64,000 bases of DNA from NCBI GenBank assembly GCA_013265495.1, contig MU057801.1:744001-808000 (forward strand), read 5' to 3'. Position 1 is the stretch's first letter. Each line of letters opens with the position of its first letter. Source of the DNA: Vicugna vicugna (lineage: Eukaryota). Position numbers and translations under genes: made by a program. This document shows, piece after piece, positions 13,424-25,644 of this stretch. Below the pieces are notes generated by a model. The model was not told the DNA's origin. It searched no databases and worked only from the letters and a program-made list of their open reading frames with translations.

Positions 13424-13569
13424 GGGGGTGTGGGTGGAGCTCAGAGGCTGAGCGTGTGCTTAGCAAGCCCAAGGTCCTGGGTTCAGTCCCCAGCACCTCC
13501 GCTAAACAAATAAGCAAACAGATAAATAAACCTAATTACCCCCCTAAGAAAAAACTACACACACACAAA
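13424..13569 (+). mobile_element. tRNA-derived SINE (Vic-1-like)
   Basis: A-box-like gagctcagaggc, B-box ggttcagtccc, and an aaataaacctaattacccc tail. TSD aagtaaaagcacca(g/c)ca at 13407-13423 and 13570-13586. Confidence 0.88.
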
Positions 13570-13649
13570 AAGTAAAAGCACCACCAAATACTGCTTATTC
13601 TTGATATGGATAATAAAAAGGAAAAAGGTTCAAGTAGCAGTTTGTTAAT

Positions 13650-14615
13650 TTAAAGACAATTACTGGAATGACAGAAAGTAAAAAGTATGTCTTCCAAATC
13701 ACAAGGCATCAAGCGGACGTCAAGAATCTCTCGCCCCACAAATAAAAGTAGAAAACGAACTTTAATGTTAATTATCACACATACAAAAATAATAAATATA
13801 AGTAAGTTAAATTTCTCTATCAAAGACCAGGTCAATTAGAACCGGCTTTCAAACACAGAAAATTAACAATAAAGTACAGGAAATGACGTATCCGGTGCAC
13901 GTGGGTACAAGCACACAGAAAAGTAGCATCAATATTAAGTGAAAAGGTTTTCAGGGGGACAAAAGGAATCATTCCAAATAAGCGAAAAAAGTAACTCACA
14001 ATTGGCTATGACACTAGCAGAACTTTATGAAACTAGTAACACAGCAGGGAAGTACAGCAAATACAGAAACTGAGAGGGAAATACAGTTATAGTGGGAGAC
14101 GTTAATGCACTCAGACAGACAGCACAGCAACAGACTACCACACAGCAGATCTGAACAGATAAGACTGATGTAATAGACACAAAGAGAGGCAGAGAGAGAA
14201 AACGTCACAGACTCTGACATTCACAAAACATTATGTAAAGTTATTTTTCTAAGATATGTGAATAAAACCCTCAAAGGTGCAGATGCACAGGTCACAGACA
14301 CACTCACTGCACTGGGGGCCCAGCCCGCCACTGAGAGTCTGAGCTGAAAATTTTCAACTACTTGGGGGATTTTAAAACACTCTTGTGAGCAACACTCAAG
14401 CTTACAAAAAACTCAAACAACTACAATTATACAATGAGAATTATTATTGTATATTCTATTATTATATAAAAGCTATTGTATAAAATATTCTACAAAAATT
14501 AACAATGAGAATGCTGTATAACTGAAATTGGTCAAAACTGAAACAGGAAGAAAATCTGTCCATTTTAATTTTCTATAGTAAAAGACACAAAAAAGCAAAA
14601 CTGAGTTTTAAAGTC
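13650..14615 (+). mobile_element. Ancient degraded L1 (ORF2 5' region)
   Basis: A-rich plus strand with L1 endonuclease-region-like strings (acagttatagtgggagacgttaatgcac); no ORF. Confidence 0.5.
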
Positions 14616-14630
14616 AAAAAGCTTTTTAAA

Positions 14631-15741
14631 TGAAAAGACAACCTACAGAATGGGAGAAAATATTTGCAAATGATGTGACTGACAAGGGACTAATTTCCAA
14701 AATATACAAACAGATCATATGCCTTAATATCAAAGAAACAAGCAACCCAATCCAAAAATGGGCAGAAGACCTAAACAAGCAGTTCTTCAATGAAGATACA
14801 TAAATGGCCAATAGGCATATGGAAAAAAATGCTCAGCATTGCTAATTGTTAGAGAAATGCAGATCAAAACTACCATGAGGTATCACCTCACACCAGCCAG
14901 AACGGCCATCATTGAAAAGTCTACATATGATAGATGCTGGAGAGGGTGTGGAGAACAGGGAACCCTCCTACATTGTTGGTGGGAGTGTTGACTGGTGCAG
15001 GCACTGTGGAGGACAGTATGGAGGTTCCTTAAAAAACTATAGACTTACCATATGTCCAGCAATCCCACTCCTGGGCATATATCCAGAGAAAAATAAAATT
15101 CAAAAAGACACATGCACCCCAGTGTTCACAGCAGCACTATTTACAATAGCCAAGACATGGAAACAACCCAAATGTCCATCAACAGATAACTGGATAAATT
15201 AGTTACAGTGTATATATACAATGGAATACTACTCAGCCATAAAAAAGAATAAAATAATGCCATCTGTAGCAACATGGATGGATTTGAAGATTGTCGTTGT
15301 AAGTGAAGTGGGCCAGAAAGAGAAAGAAAAATACCATATGACATCATTTATATGAGGAATCTAAAACATAATAACAATAATAAGGACACAAATGAACTAC
15401 TTATTGTTTATAACATAGATGATTGATTTCTTGAACATGTGTGAGCACATGCGACTGTCCTTTATGACTGGATTACCGCCTTCTGTTGATTCTTATTTTG
15501 CAGTTGGCTTTATTCCTTGGATAACTATGTAAGTTTAAAAAACCAAATATCTAATCTGTTCTTAGAAACAATAATTAGTACCTATATGTAAATTAAAAAA
15601 TGTGCAGTATACTGTATATATGTATTTACACTGCAATATAATGTGTTTGTGCAGGCAAACTGCAATAATTCTACCTAATAAAACTGAAAAAGGAGAAAAA
15701 AAGGAAAGGATGTCAACATAATAAAGATCATACATACAAAA
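14631..15741 (+). mobile_element. TSD-bounded composite insertion: L1 ORF2 3' part (~14631-15400), non-L1 segment (~15400-15737) and A-tail
   Basis: L1 strings ([39 protein letters not shown]). Perfect 15-bp TSD aaaaagctttttaaa at 14616-14630 and 15742-15756; AATAAA at 15720-15725. Confidence 0.85.
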
Positions 15742-16204
15742 AAAAAGCTTTTTAAAAGGTGATTTTAAGGGCAAAATCAATCAAAGATACAAGCAAAGCA
15801 TTTTTTGTAATCATTAGATCATCTATAAGTATTGCAAATCACTAAGCTATAGGCTGGGATTTGACGGTGGTTGCACACGTAATTAAAACAAATATCCTCT
15901 GACTCTTTAATAAATACTCTTATTAAGTGTCCCTTTTGTCCAGGTACCATGCAAGGGATCAGACAGAGACAGAGGATAGTGTCCCTGCTCTGAAAGCTAC
16001 AGCCCTGAGAAGGAAATGCCAGGACATCGGGGATGTCAGTCTGGGGACCTGACAGGAGACAGGGATGTGCAGGGAGGCAGAGGCCAGACCAGGAAGGGCC
16101 CTGAACACCTTGCTGGGGAGTTGCACCTCTGACCAAAGGCCCTGGGAACCATTGTTACAGCACACCGAGGACATTCTGGTGAGTGAGGGAGACAGACCAA
16201 GGGC

Positions 16205-16625
16205 TAGTGAGCGGGAGCGCGGCAGGGGGTAGGCTGCGCCGGGACAAAGGCCGAGACAGCAGCGGGCGACGCGCAGAGCCGGAGCGGAGAGAAAGGCGGT
16301 CCGCGCGCTCCAGGCAGGGCCCAGGCGGGGAAGCGCGCTCCGCTCGGAGCACGGCCGCCGGACGGACGAAAAGAAGTTATTTTCTGACTTTCAGATCACG
16401 CAAAGGTCTGCCCTCCTTTAAAGAAAAGCAAATTTCATTAGACTCTTGACCTGCAGTGAGAAGACACGCAGCAGCCTCCACAGACGCGCAGCTCGGCAGC
16501 ACACAAGCCCGCCCGTCGCCGCGGTGCCGCGCTGACTCGCGGCCCGGCCGGGGCACACGGGCAGGGGCCCCTCCCGCCGCAGCCGCAGCCGGCGCGGCCT
16601 CTCCAACCCGAGCTTCTGCTTTCTG
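16205..16625. promoter_or_regulatory. Orphan intragenic CpG-rich island in intron 3
   Basis: Two CpG-dense blocks (~16205-16370 and ~16485-16610) in otherwise CpG-poorer intron sequence; no associated exon seen. Confidence 0.6.
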
Positions 16626-17994
16626 GCTAAAGCTTTTCTTTCACGTCTCGTCAACTTCGATACCAACACAATCAGCTGTCTGTCTTTTCTGGGCCACTGT
16701 TCACAAAACAGAAAAAAACACTTCACTTTCAGAGTTTTCAGGTAGCGGAAAGTTGAGAAATAAGCCCCCAGTGAGACACCACCGCGGGAGTCCCACCACC
16801 CCAGGGGCTCCCCGCGCCCGCTTCTGCACACTCAGAAAGTGCCCCCGACCTGCAGGTTTGCTCAGAGGCCTGAGGTCCCCGCCCAGCGTCACAAGCACGT
16901 CAAAAGCTAGGGGTCACTGTCCCAGCCACACGCCACGGCCAAGCAAAACGAGCCACAGAAAATGGACAACACAGCAAGAATCTGGACAGCCGTCCCCCAA
17001 ACTGATGGAGAAAAGGCCAGCTCATCCAAACCGTCCGCACGCTAATTCTCAGCAATCTGAAAGGAGAGAAAACGCTCCTTGCGTATCTCCTGCTGCTCTA
17101 ACAACGCACACGACGTGCTTAAGCTTTACTGTGAGGTTTCCATGCGTGTAGCCCTAACGCCATCCGTCTCTGCCGTCCGCCCTGGGAGGGCTCCTGGCAG
17201 GTCTGCTGCGGTAGAACTTCAGGGGACCCACCCTGAAGGTGTCACCTACCCGCGGACTGAGTGGCGGGCGCACTGCGCGAGAGTGGCCGGCAGGCCCAGA
17301 GGCTCAGGGCACCTGGGCTGCGACAGACAATCCCAGGCATGTAATTCCACACTTCCCAAACATCTTGTCTCCAGTTTCCCTTCCTCCGAGGCAGCTGAGT
17401 AACTCAGTATATCCTGTTGGGTCGATCCCAAGTTTCTCACCTGTAAGTCGCAAGGCCTGAGGAAAACTCGAGTATTAAATTTCAAAGTTAAAAGGTCCAC
17501 TGAACATGGCTCCTTTCAGCTCAAACGCTGTATCTAATAATTCAAATTATTAACACGCTGAAATAGGAGTATCAAATTGTAACCGTGAGCAACGCATTTG
17601 AAGAATCTCTGTAAAGGACTGGACATTTACATCTTGCAGTTTGCAGGGGTCGCAAACATTTCATGATCAGAGGCCGACACCAGAATGACCCTGTGCTCCG
17701 GGAACGGAGGACCTGGCCTGTGTTTTACTGTCACCTCTCGTCCCACACAGGGCACGGCGCTCAGGAGACGACACCTAAGACCAGGGAGAAAGGGCAGGGC
17801 CGGCCACCAGCCTCCGCTGCGACCCTGGCCCGTGAAGTCCTGGGGGTGTCAGGGCGCAGGTCACACGGTGCCACATCCCAAAAGCCACCAGCTGGAGTTG
17901 CTCCCAACCAAGGGCCTGACATTGATAAAAAAGCAAGCCTGACAATGCCGTGAAGACGGCCAGGACAATGAGAGGCCCCTGTTACCACCTTAAA

Positions 17995-18212
17995 TGCTGT
18001 ACGTAACACACTAAAGCATACAAGGTCCCACCGCACAGCCCAGGGAACTCCACTCAATACCCTGTCGCGCCCTATAATGGAAAAGAACATAAAAACGAAT
18101 ATATGTGTATGCATGTACATGTATGACTGACACATGACGCTGTGCACCAGAAATTCACACATTGTAATTAACTATACTGCAACAAAAATTTTTTAAAATA
18201 TAGAAAAAAAAA
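17995..18212 (+). mobile_element. Short L1 3'UTR end with A-rich tail
   Basis: acaaggtcc...cagggaact...ctataatggaaaagaa...tgtatgactga is homologous to the other L1 3'UTRs in the window. Confidence 0.75.
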
Positions 18213-20224
18213 ACCCCAGTGTCATAAAGGTGACCCCACATTCTGGTTGTGATGCCCAGGGGCTCTGGTTCTGTCTGCCAACCAGAACTCAGGGCAGCTC
18301 TGGGGACAGGGAAGTGTCTCTGTGGCCCTCGGTTCTCCAGGAACTCTGAACTGACACTGACTTCTTTTCAGTTGCAATCGGTCATTTAGAATTACGGCAG
18401 TGCCCCAGGAGCTGCATTCAAAGCTGGAATCATTCTTTCAAAAGGAAAAACAAAATCCACTGAAGCAGCCAAATATTTGAAGTCATCAAGAAGAACTTCA
18501 ATTCCAAGGATTTAGGAAGAATCTGTTTTCCGTGTTCACTTTATTTGCTCCTGTCCCTCCTCCACTCAGTAACAGTAAAGCAGTCCTTACAGTAAAAGGA
18601 CGTAAAAAGTGGGAAGAGTGTGAGAGGTCTGTGGAAGCCCTGCACCTCGGCGTGGGGACGAGGGGCAGCCGGGAGCGTTCTCACACTGGACAGTCTGGAA
18701 TAAGTAATGACAAAGGAAGCTGAGGAAGGTGGGGCTGTGGGGACTGGTTAACTGTAAAAGCACCACTCGGCCGTCTGGCTCTGTTACTTGCTCATAAGAA
18801 AAGGCGTGCGCCGCAGCCTGACGAAAGAAAGGGGGCTGTGACCTAGTCCCGCCGGACACCTGTCCCGAATGCACTGGCTCGTCCATGATTCAGGCCAGGT
18901 GTTTCCACTGCCTCTCTGAAGGAGCTTCTGATTTGTTTTCGTCTTCAAAGAGTTATGAAAGAGCTACACTTCCACCGAAAGAAGAAGGTGGGGGAGAGGG
19001 GACGAACACTGCAGCATCGTTTATTGTGTGTAGTTCTCTTACATCCGTAATTCTGGTTTCTCTCCAGGCAATTCTTCTTCGTTAGGAAACCTGGAGTAGA
19101 ACACCTGGGGCTACTAAGTGTGAGAAGATATAAATAAGTGTGCGTGTGTGGTCTATAAAATCAACACTTCAGTGAGTGGCAGCACATACAAAGCAGTCGT
19201 GCAAAGTGACAGCCGGCCCATCCCCTCTGCTTTTTCTGCACAACCCCGGGCGGCACCCATCCGGTGGAGGTACAACCCCTGGAGAGCCCTCTCACCCGCT
19301 CTGAGGAAGAGAACTGGGGGCTAAGCCCCGACGTGTGAGATCACTCGGAACACGGAGGCACAAGAGACCTTGCGCTAAAGGAAGACGGCTCCCACCGCAG
19401 CCCTGGACTTCCGGCCGGTCAGCTGCGACTCCCAGACGTGACGACGCCCAGACATCAGGCGCCCGGCAGGACTGCGCACCGCGAGTCCCCCTCCAATCCA
19501 GCATCACCTCCACACGCCAGGGGCTTGGGGGCGCAAGACGTGAGGCAGGAGGCCTGACACAAACTTCCATCAAACTGTCATCTGATAGTAAAGGAAAAAC
19601 AAAACCTAGTGCCCCCAGGATTACCCCTTCCTCTGTCAGCCACTGAAGACGCCCCTGGTCACCTGCACTCCCTGGACAGGTCACCCACTGCACTTTGGGA
19701 CTTCTGTCCAGGTGGCTTCAGTCAGAACCTCCCCATCAACGGAGGGTGAGGACAACCCTCGTGCACCGCCCAGGGTGGCCCCGAGAGTGCTTCTTCACCT
19801 TGGGTGGCTGGCGGAGGGAGGGGGGAGGCGGGGCGGGGAGATGAAGTAGTAAGTAATTTGACTGGCCCTTACTTATAGTATCATTTTCCCCTTAAAATAA
19901 GCAGGAAAAGAGGAGAATGAAATTGGGTGTGGCTTTTCAATTCCATGTTTGCAGAAGGCCACCCTGGAGCCCTGCTTCCCCAGCCCGTGGAGGCAAATTT
20001 GTGTTCCCCTCGGCCAAAGGCCCACTGGAGACAGTGCCTGCAGATCCCCAGAAAGCCGTTTCAGCAAAACCCTAAACCTTAAGTACAGTCCCCTCCCCAC
20101 AAAGACACAGATGTGCACTAGGGTGGGGACGTCACCAAGCGTCTGACCAACGGGAAACAAGTCTCTGAGATGAGGTCACAAGGCCCTGTTGGAAGGCCCC
20201 ACTGCTTCTCTGTCTAATTGATCA

Positions 20225-20410
20225 CACCCATGTCGACTTAATTTTCAAATTTAAATCAAATAAAACTACTTAACGTTAAAATTCATGCTGCTCGGTCAGG
20301 CTAGCCATACTTCAAGCGCTAAATAGCCCATGTAGCCAGGGATTACACAACTAGCCAGCACAGAATATGCCCACCATCACAGAAAGGTCCACCGACCAGA
20401 GCCGCTCTGG
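20225..20410. mobile_element. MER3/MER33-like hAT-Charlie MITE
   Basis: ctagccatacttcaagcgctaaatagcccatgtagcc...ccatcacagaaagg pattern. Confidence 0.6.
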
Positions 20411-20729
20411 AGAAGAAGGCACCTGAGAGGTCAGATCCTCAGGGGCTAATCAGAGTCAAGCGGATTTAGTGTTAAAACTAAGCAAAAGCATAAAACTGCA
20501 TGTCATGCTGAAAAAGACTCCTCTACCAACTTCTATTTTAAAGATGTCCTGTTTGGGGACTTTGGTCAAAGCTACACTCACAGGATCACAGGCTGGTAGA
20601 GCTGGCCAACAAGAGACCCCAGAACTTAGCTGGTCCCGCCCCTCACTGTACGGACATGGGAGCCAAGGTAAAGGTTACAGACCTGAGTCAGGGCCGCCAG
20701 CCCGCCAGTGGCAAAGCCTGATCTGAGAG

Positions 20730-21210
20730 GTGGTAGACGTACACAATGGGGTATTTACTCAGCCATAAGAAAGAACGAAACAATGCCATTTGCCCCAACA
20801 TGGATGGACTAGAGATTATCATACTAAGTGAAGTAAGTCAGCGGAGAAAGACATATCATATGGTAGCTTTTATACATGAAATCTAAAAAAGGATACAAAT
20901 CTTATTTACAAACCAGAAATAGACTCACAGACACAAAAAACAAACTGTCAGAGGGGAAGAGTGGGGAGGGATGAATTAGGAGTTTGGGATTAACAGATAC
21001 ACATCACTATGCATAAAACAGATAAACAAGGCCCTACTGTACAGCACGGGGAACTAGACTCAATTTCTTGTAATAAACTATAAGGGAAAATAACCTGAAA
21101 AACCTGAAAATGTATGTATGTGTATATATATGCACATGTCTGTGAAGATGGAGAACTGAGTCGCTCTGCTGCACACCTGACACTAACCACATCTCAACCT
21201 GAAAAAATTA
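20730..21210 (+). mobile_element. L1 3'-end fragment
   Basis: tactcagccataagaaagaacgaaacaatgccatttg...atggatggactagagattatcatactaagtgaagtaagtcag, followed by 3'UTR. Confidence 0.85.
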
Positions 21211-23358
21211 AACATGAACAAACCAAGCCCGCTCTGCTGCTGCCTTTCCCTACCTTCTCAACCCAGAGTTTCAGGTGAGAGAAGAAAACATCTTAATACA
21301 CAAACACCACATAACCCCATGGGACATGAGGTGAGCATTTAAGAGGCTCCGATCAGACAATAAACACTAACGAGCGAGGTCACCGCAGGGCACACGGAGG
21401 ACCACAAGCGTGGCTGCTGGCCCCGCACGCCACGTCTCATTGGGCAGCTGAGACCTGGCCACCTTCAAGGAGAACGAAGAATGCCCAGCTGCAGCCAGAC
21501 GGTAGCCCACGGGAGCGCGTCCTTAGTCACAGGAGAGGTCTCAGCGGGCCTGAACGGAGCCTGAGCAAACGGGCCGGAGGAGGAGGAGGGCAAAGGGCAG
21601 TCCCTGAGGGGCCAAGTGCGTAAACAGAGACGCGGGAGGGAAAAGGCAGAAGGCCAAGTCTGCGTGTGACACAGCGTGCGACAGGGCACTTCCGCGGGCG
21701 ACGGCGACAGCCCAGTGGGAGAGAGCTGCACAGGGAGCCCCGGGGACGCGGAGGGTGAGACCAGCCCCGGCCACACTCTACAGGCGACACAGAACCCAGT
21801 CAGCCTCCGGGAAGGGAAACAACAGGGTTGACTTAATCTGGTGGGGTGATCTGGATAAACGGACAATTAAGGGACCTGGAAGTCAAATGTCCCATGTGTG
21901 TGTGATTCCCATCTCTGTGATGTCTGAAAACCAGACGAGTAAGTAGCACTCTGAGGCCAGGATGCGTGTAAGTGCTGGCGTTAAACCTCCTCGGCTAATG
22001 CAGGCCGGCGCTGGGGCGCGGCGGGGAGGGAAACGCCTTGCTATCAAACTCGATTCAAACTACCCCATTTCTCTGCTCAAGACAGGGGAGGAGACGCATG
22101 ACATGGCAGGTGGCGTGAAACAGCACCTCTCTAACAACTGTATTTTCTAATTCTCCGTCCTCTTGATGCTCTGACGTCTAGGGCCTTGCAGCAGCCCCAG
22201 GAGGGACGCCTTCCCAGGGTTAGAATAGAAGCTGCCAGCACGCCGGGTTTGACGTGCAAACCAGCCAGCCCCAAATCCATGCCCCAACCCCCTCTTTAGT
22301 GGGCTCTCGCACCCTGGGATGCTATGCGCTGCCCAAATCACCTGGGGCTCAGGCTCAGGGCCACCAGGGACCACACCCACAGCCCAGATCCCCAGAAACT
22401 TAAACTGGCCAATCCAAGCCCGCTTAGTCTGCTAACTGCCTTGCCCGCCGGTCTCCTTCCGCAGAAACCACCCTCACTTCCTCCCTAACCTTTTCTTTTC
22501 GCCCTGGAGCTTCTCCTTACAGGACCTGCCACACCTGCCGCTCCCAAGGGTCTGTGAGGACAGCAGCACCTCCTTCCTTCCTGCCCACCGTTCTCCTGTC
22601 TGCGAGTCTCCCCACACCTGATAAAACAAGTCCCTGGACCAGTAACACCTCTCACCTGCTGAATCCAGAAGGTTCTCAAAGTCCAGTGAATTATTTGACC
22701 TTGAAAGCCATGCACCAGCTGCCTGACATTTCTACCCCAACCTCCTTTTCCCCGATGGAGGCAGCCACTTCAAGGCCACCACCAAAGGGTCACTTGTGAA
22801 AAGGGCTACTCAGAATTTTCTGACTCAGAAAGTCGCTCCTGGAGCTCTGGCACATCTGTTCCTAAGGTGGACTCTGCAGTTGTAAAGCGCGCTCTGTGAG
22901 GATGCCTGGACTTAGCCACCCGCCCCCTCCGGCGCCTGGAGCAGTAAGTGCCCAACAGCCGTGTCTAACGACCGAGCGGCCATCCAGGAACAGGTGTGTA
23001 CTGGTACAGACAGCCCAGGGCTCCGGCCCGAACATCCGGACTCCTAAGTGCAGGGCGGCACAGTGCTGAAGTAAGGAATGGGTTCCAGAGTGAGACCAGA
23101 GGTTCAGTCTCTGTCTGCCGCTTGTCAGATATGCAGCCTTGGCCAAGTCACCCAACACGACAAAGCCCCAAGTCTTCCATCGATAAAACTGGGAAGACAG
23201 AATCTGCTTCGAAAGGAAAGGGTTAAACAGGATGGCCCAAGTAAAACACATTCTCATCAAGACGGCGATGTAAATTCATTTCATGGGGTCCCGCACTGTC
23301 ATCCTCACACTCCCATTTGAAAGACATAGCAGCGTAGACAAAACATGTTTTTAGAAGA

Positions 23359-23485
23359 GGGGAGGGTATAGCTCAAGCGGTGGAGCGCGTGCTTAGCATG
23401 CAGGAGGTTCCGGGTTCAATTCCCAGTACCTCCTCTAAAAATAAACGAATAAACCTCATTACCTACCCCCTCAAAAAAAGTAAGA
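23359..23485 (+). mobile_element. tRNA-derived SINE (Vic-1-like)
   Basis: ggggagggtatagctcaagcggtggagcgcgtgcttagcatgcaggaggttccgggttcaattccc (A and B boxes), then an A-rich tail. TSD tttagaaga at 23350-23358 and 23486-23494. Confidence 0.9.
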
Positions 23486-25591
23486 TTTAGAAGAAGAGTA
23501 AAATTAAGGAGTCACAGCCTCAGTTTAAAAACGTGACAAACATCTCCATGAACCGGCAACAAGAGAAACTCCAGGTGGCACACAGACTGGGAGACACAGG
23601 CAACGGAGCCTGGAGGCCAGGCTCTGAGGGGTCCAAGTGATCCCTCTGGACACGGAGGCACACGAGAAGGTGTGCCCGCCGACGCGGACCGAGCTGGGAG
23701 CCTTCACGTGCTCTCTCGGAGCAGTGATGTCTGCAGCAGCTCGCTGCACGGGAAACACTGCTGTTGCCTATTTCAAAGGTCCCCTTCCGGGGAGCCCTGA
23801 CTCCCACGGGCGGCGGCAGCTCTGCTAACGCTCTTCTTTCCTGCCTTCTAACTCCCTTACCTCTGCTTTCTTCCAGCCCTTCTCTTTTTTATAGACAATC
23901 TTTACACAGTGTCCCTTCAGTGATTTGATGTGCCTTAATAATTCCACTGCTTCCAAAGGGAGCCTTTCCCACACCTCGGTAAGTATTCGCCTTCACATCC
24001 TCGTAAGCCGTCTCTTCATGTGGCGCTGACTTGTGGAAAGTAGCCGTGAAGGCACTTAGTTCTCAGAGCAGGACCACACAAATGACAACCTGCCTTCTGG
24101 AGCTAGACACAGAGTGAGAGCAGAAACGGAAACAGAAGCAGTTCGAGTTCATCACTCATTCATGTTCACTCTGCAGATGAAAGCTTTACGGAGCTCTGAC
24201 TAATAGATACTCGTCCTCTCATAAAGGCAGCTCATCCCTGGCAGGTGGTACTGCAGCAGGAGCCACGCCCTCTCTAACCCAGACGTCCTGGACGCGAGGA
24301 GAAGGCCCTGAGCCCGCCGTGTGGGACACTCAGGACCACGGGCTGTCCTGCTGCAGGACAACTAGACCTGCCGGAGATCAGTGATCACAGAAAGAAAGGG
24401 AAGGCCAAGTGTGGGGAGGAGCTGCCTTCGAGGAGAAGGGATGGCGGTGGGGGGCACCTGCAGCTTCTGGTTCTTAAACTGGGGGGGCGGGGGCAAGGGT
24501 GCCAAGTGTGAGCTTTATCCTCTTGCTTCAGAACTTGTACATGTGCTGTGGATCCTTTAGTAAATGCATCAAGTGTTCAGCAGACACCTGTGCAAGTGAC
24601 GGACTTCATGAAAGCTCCTGTCACAGACGACTCCTCTGCACAGGTTTCAGTCACAAGAGGGCGGCCACAGGAGACACAGTGACCAGAACAAAACACGGGG
24701 TGAATCAGTGTCTGTTACTCTGGGGAAGGAGGACGGCCCTCAGGACAGAGAGGGGACCACAGGCCTGAGCGCCAGCCGTCAGCTGGGTCCTGGGCCAGCA
24801 GTGTCCACGTCTGTTTTATTCCACAAACCCAGGAGTCCACAGAGAGCCTCCTTTGCAGCCCGGCCTCCCGCTCCAGCCAGCTCTGCAGCAAATGCTCGCT
24901 GGATCTTTCCTCTACGGCCATAAGGCTGATCTCACACCAAGCTAAGCACACGTCTCTCCAACCGTGAGTCATTTCTAGATAAGCAACAGCGAGCTTCCAG
25001 ACCCTGTAATTTGGCTCTAGCATTGTCCTCCAGGTGGCAATAATCGGGCCGCTTGTCTAATACCTTTGGCCAAGAAAGACTTCACTTTAATAGATCAAAA
25101 GCCACAACCCCTGTTCTACCTTTGGAGAGAATATGTGATCAACCCGTGGACACAGGGACACATACAAAGACTGCAATCTCGTTAGTAGCCAGAAAAACAT
25201 ACGTTAGAAACAGTGAGGTTTTTACATGTCAGTTTGCATACATTAAAAGGAAACTCATCTCCAGGGCTGGTTAGGGAAATTTACATAAGATTAACGTACG
25301 TTTACATACACATCTATGTGACCTTTTTGAAGAACAATTTGGCAATATCAGTGCTTAAAATGTGCACACATCCCCACCTAATAATGTCCCATCTAGGCAC
25401 CCATACAGGAAAAATTCTCCCACAAGGGGAAAAAAAAACCACAAGAACATTCTTCGCAGCACTATCTGTAAAAGAGGAAAAAAGGATACACACATCCATC
25501 ATTTTTACTTGTCTTAAAGTAAAACTGAAGATCTAATATATGAATTTTTTGACAAGAATCTTCAAAGATAAATGTATTAGTAGACACTTAC

Positions 25592-25644
25592 TTCAAAAAG
25601 AAAGAGGATGGAGTCCAGCTCCTCCCTTTGTGACTTATTATTCC
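25592..25644 (-). CDS. RALGAPA2: RALGAPA2 coding exon 3 (53 nt, phase 1-0)
   Basis: Branch-like ctaat, T-tract and ttccag| acceptor; donor |gtaagt. Reads (G)NNKSQREELDSILFLFE, continuing the frame. Absent from the supplied ORF track. Confidence 0.95.

Noticed and set aside
16456..17151. 231-aa ORF in intron 3
   Set aside because: Non-ATG start, GC-rich low-complexity translation, no recognisable homology.
23359..23432. tRNA gene
   Set aside because: The tRNA-like head is followed by a SINE body, A-rich tail and TSD; there is no proper acceptor stem or T-run terminator; two homologues occur in the window.
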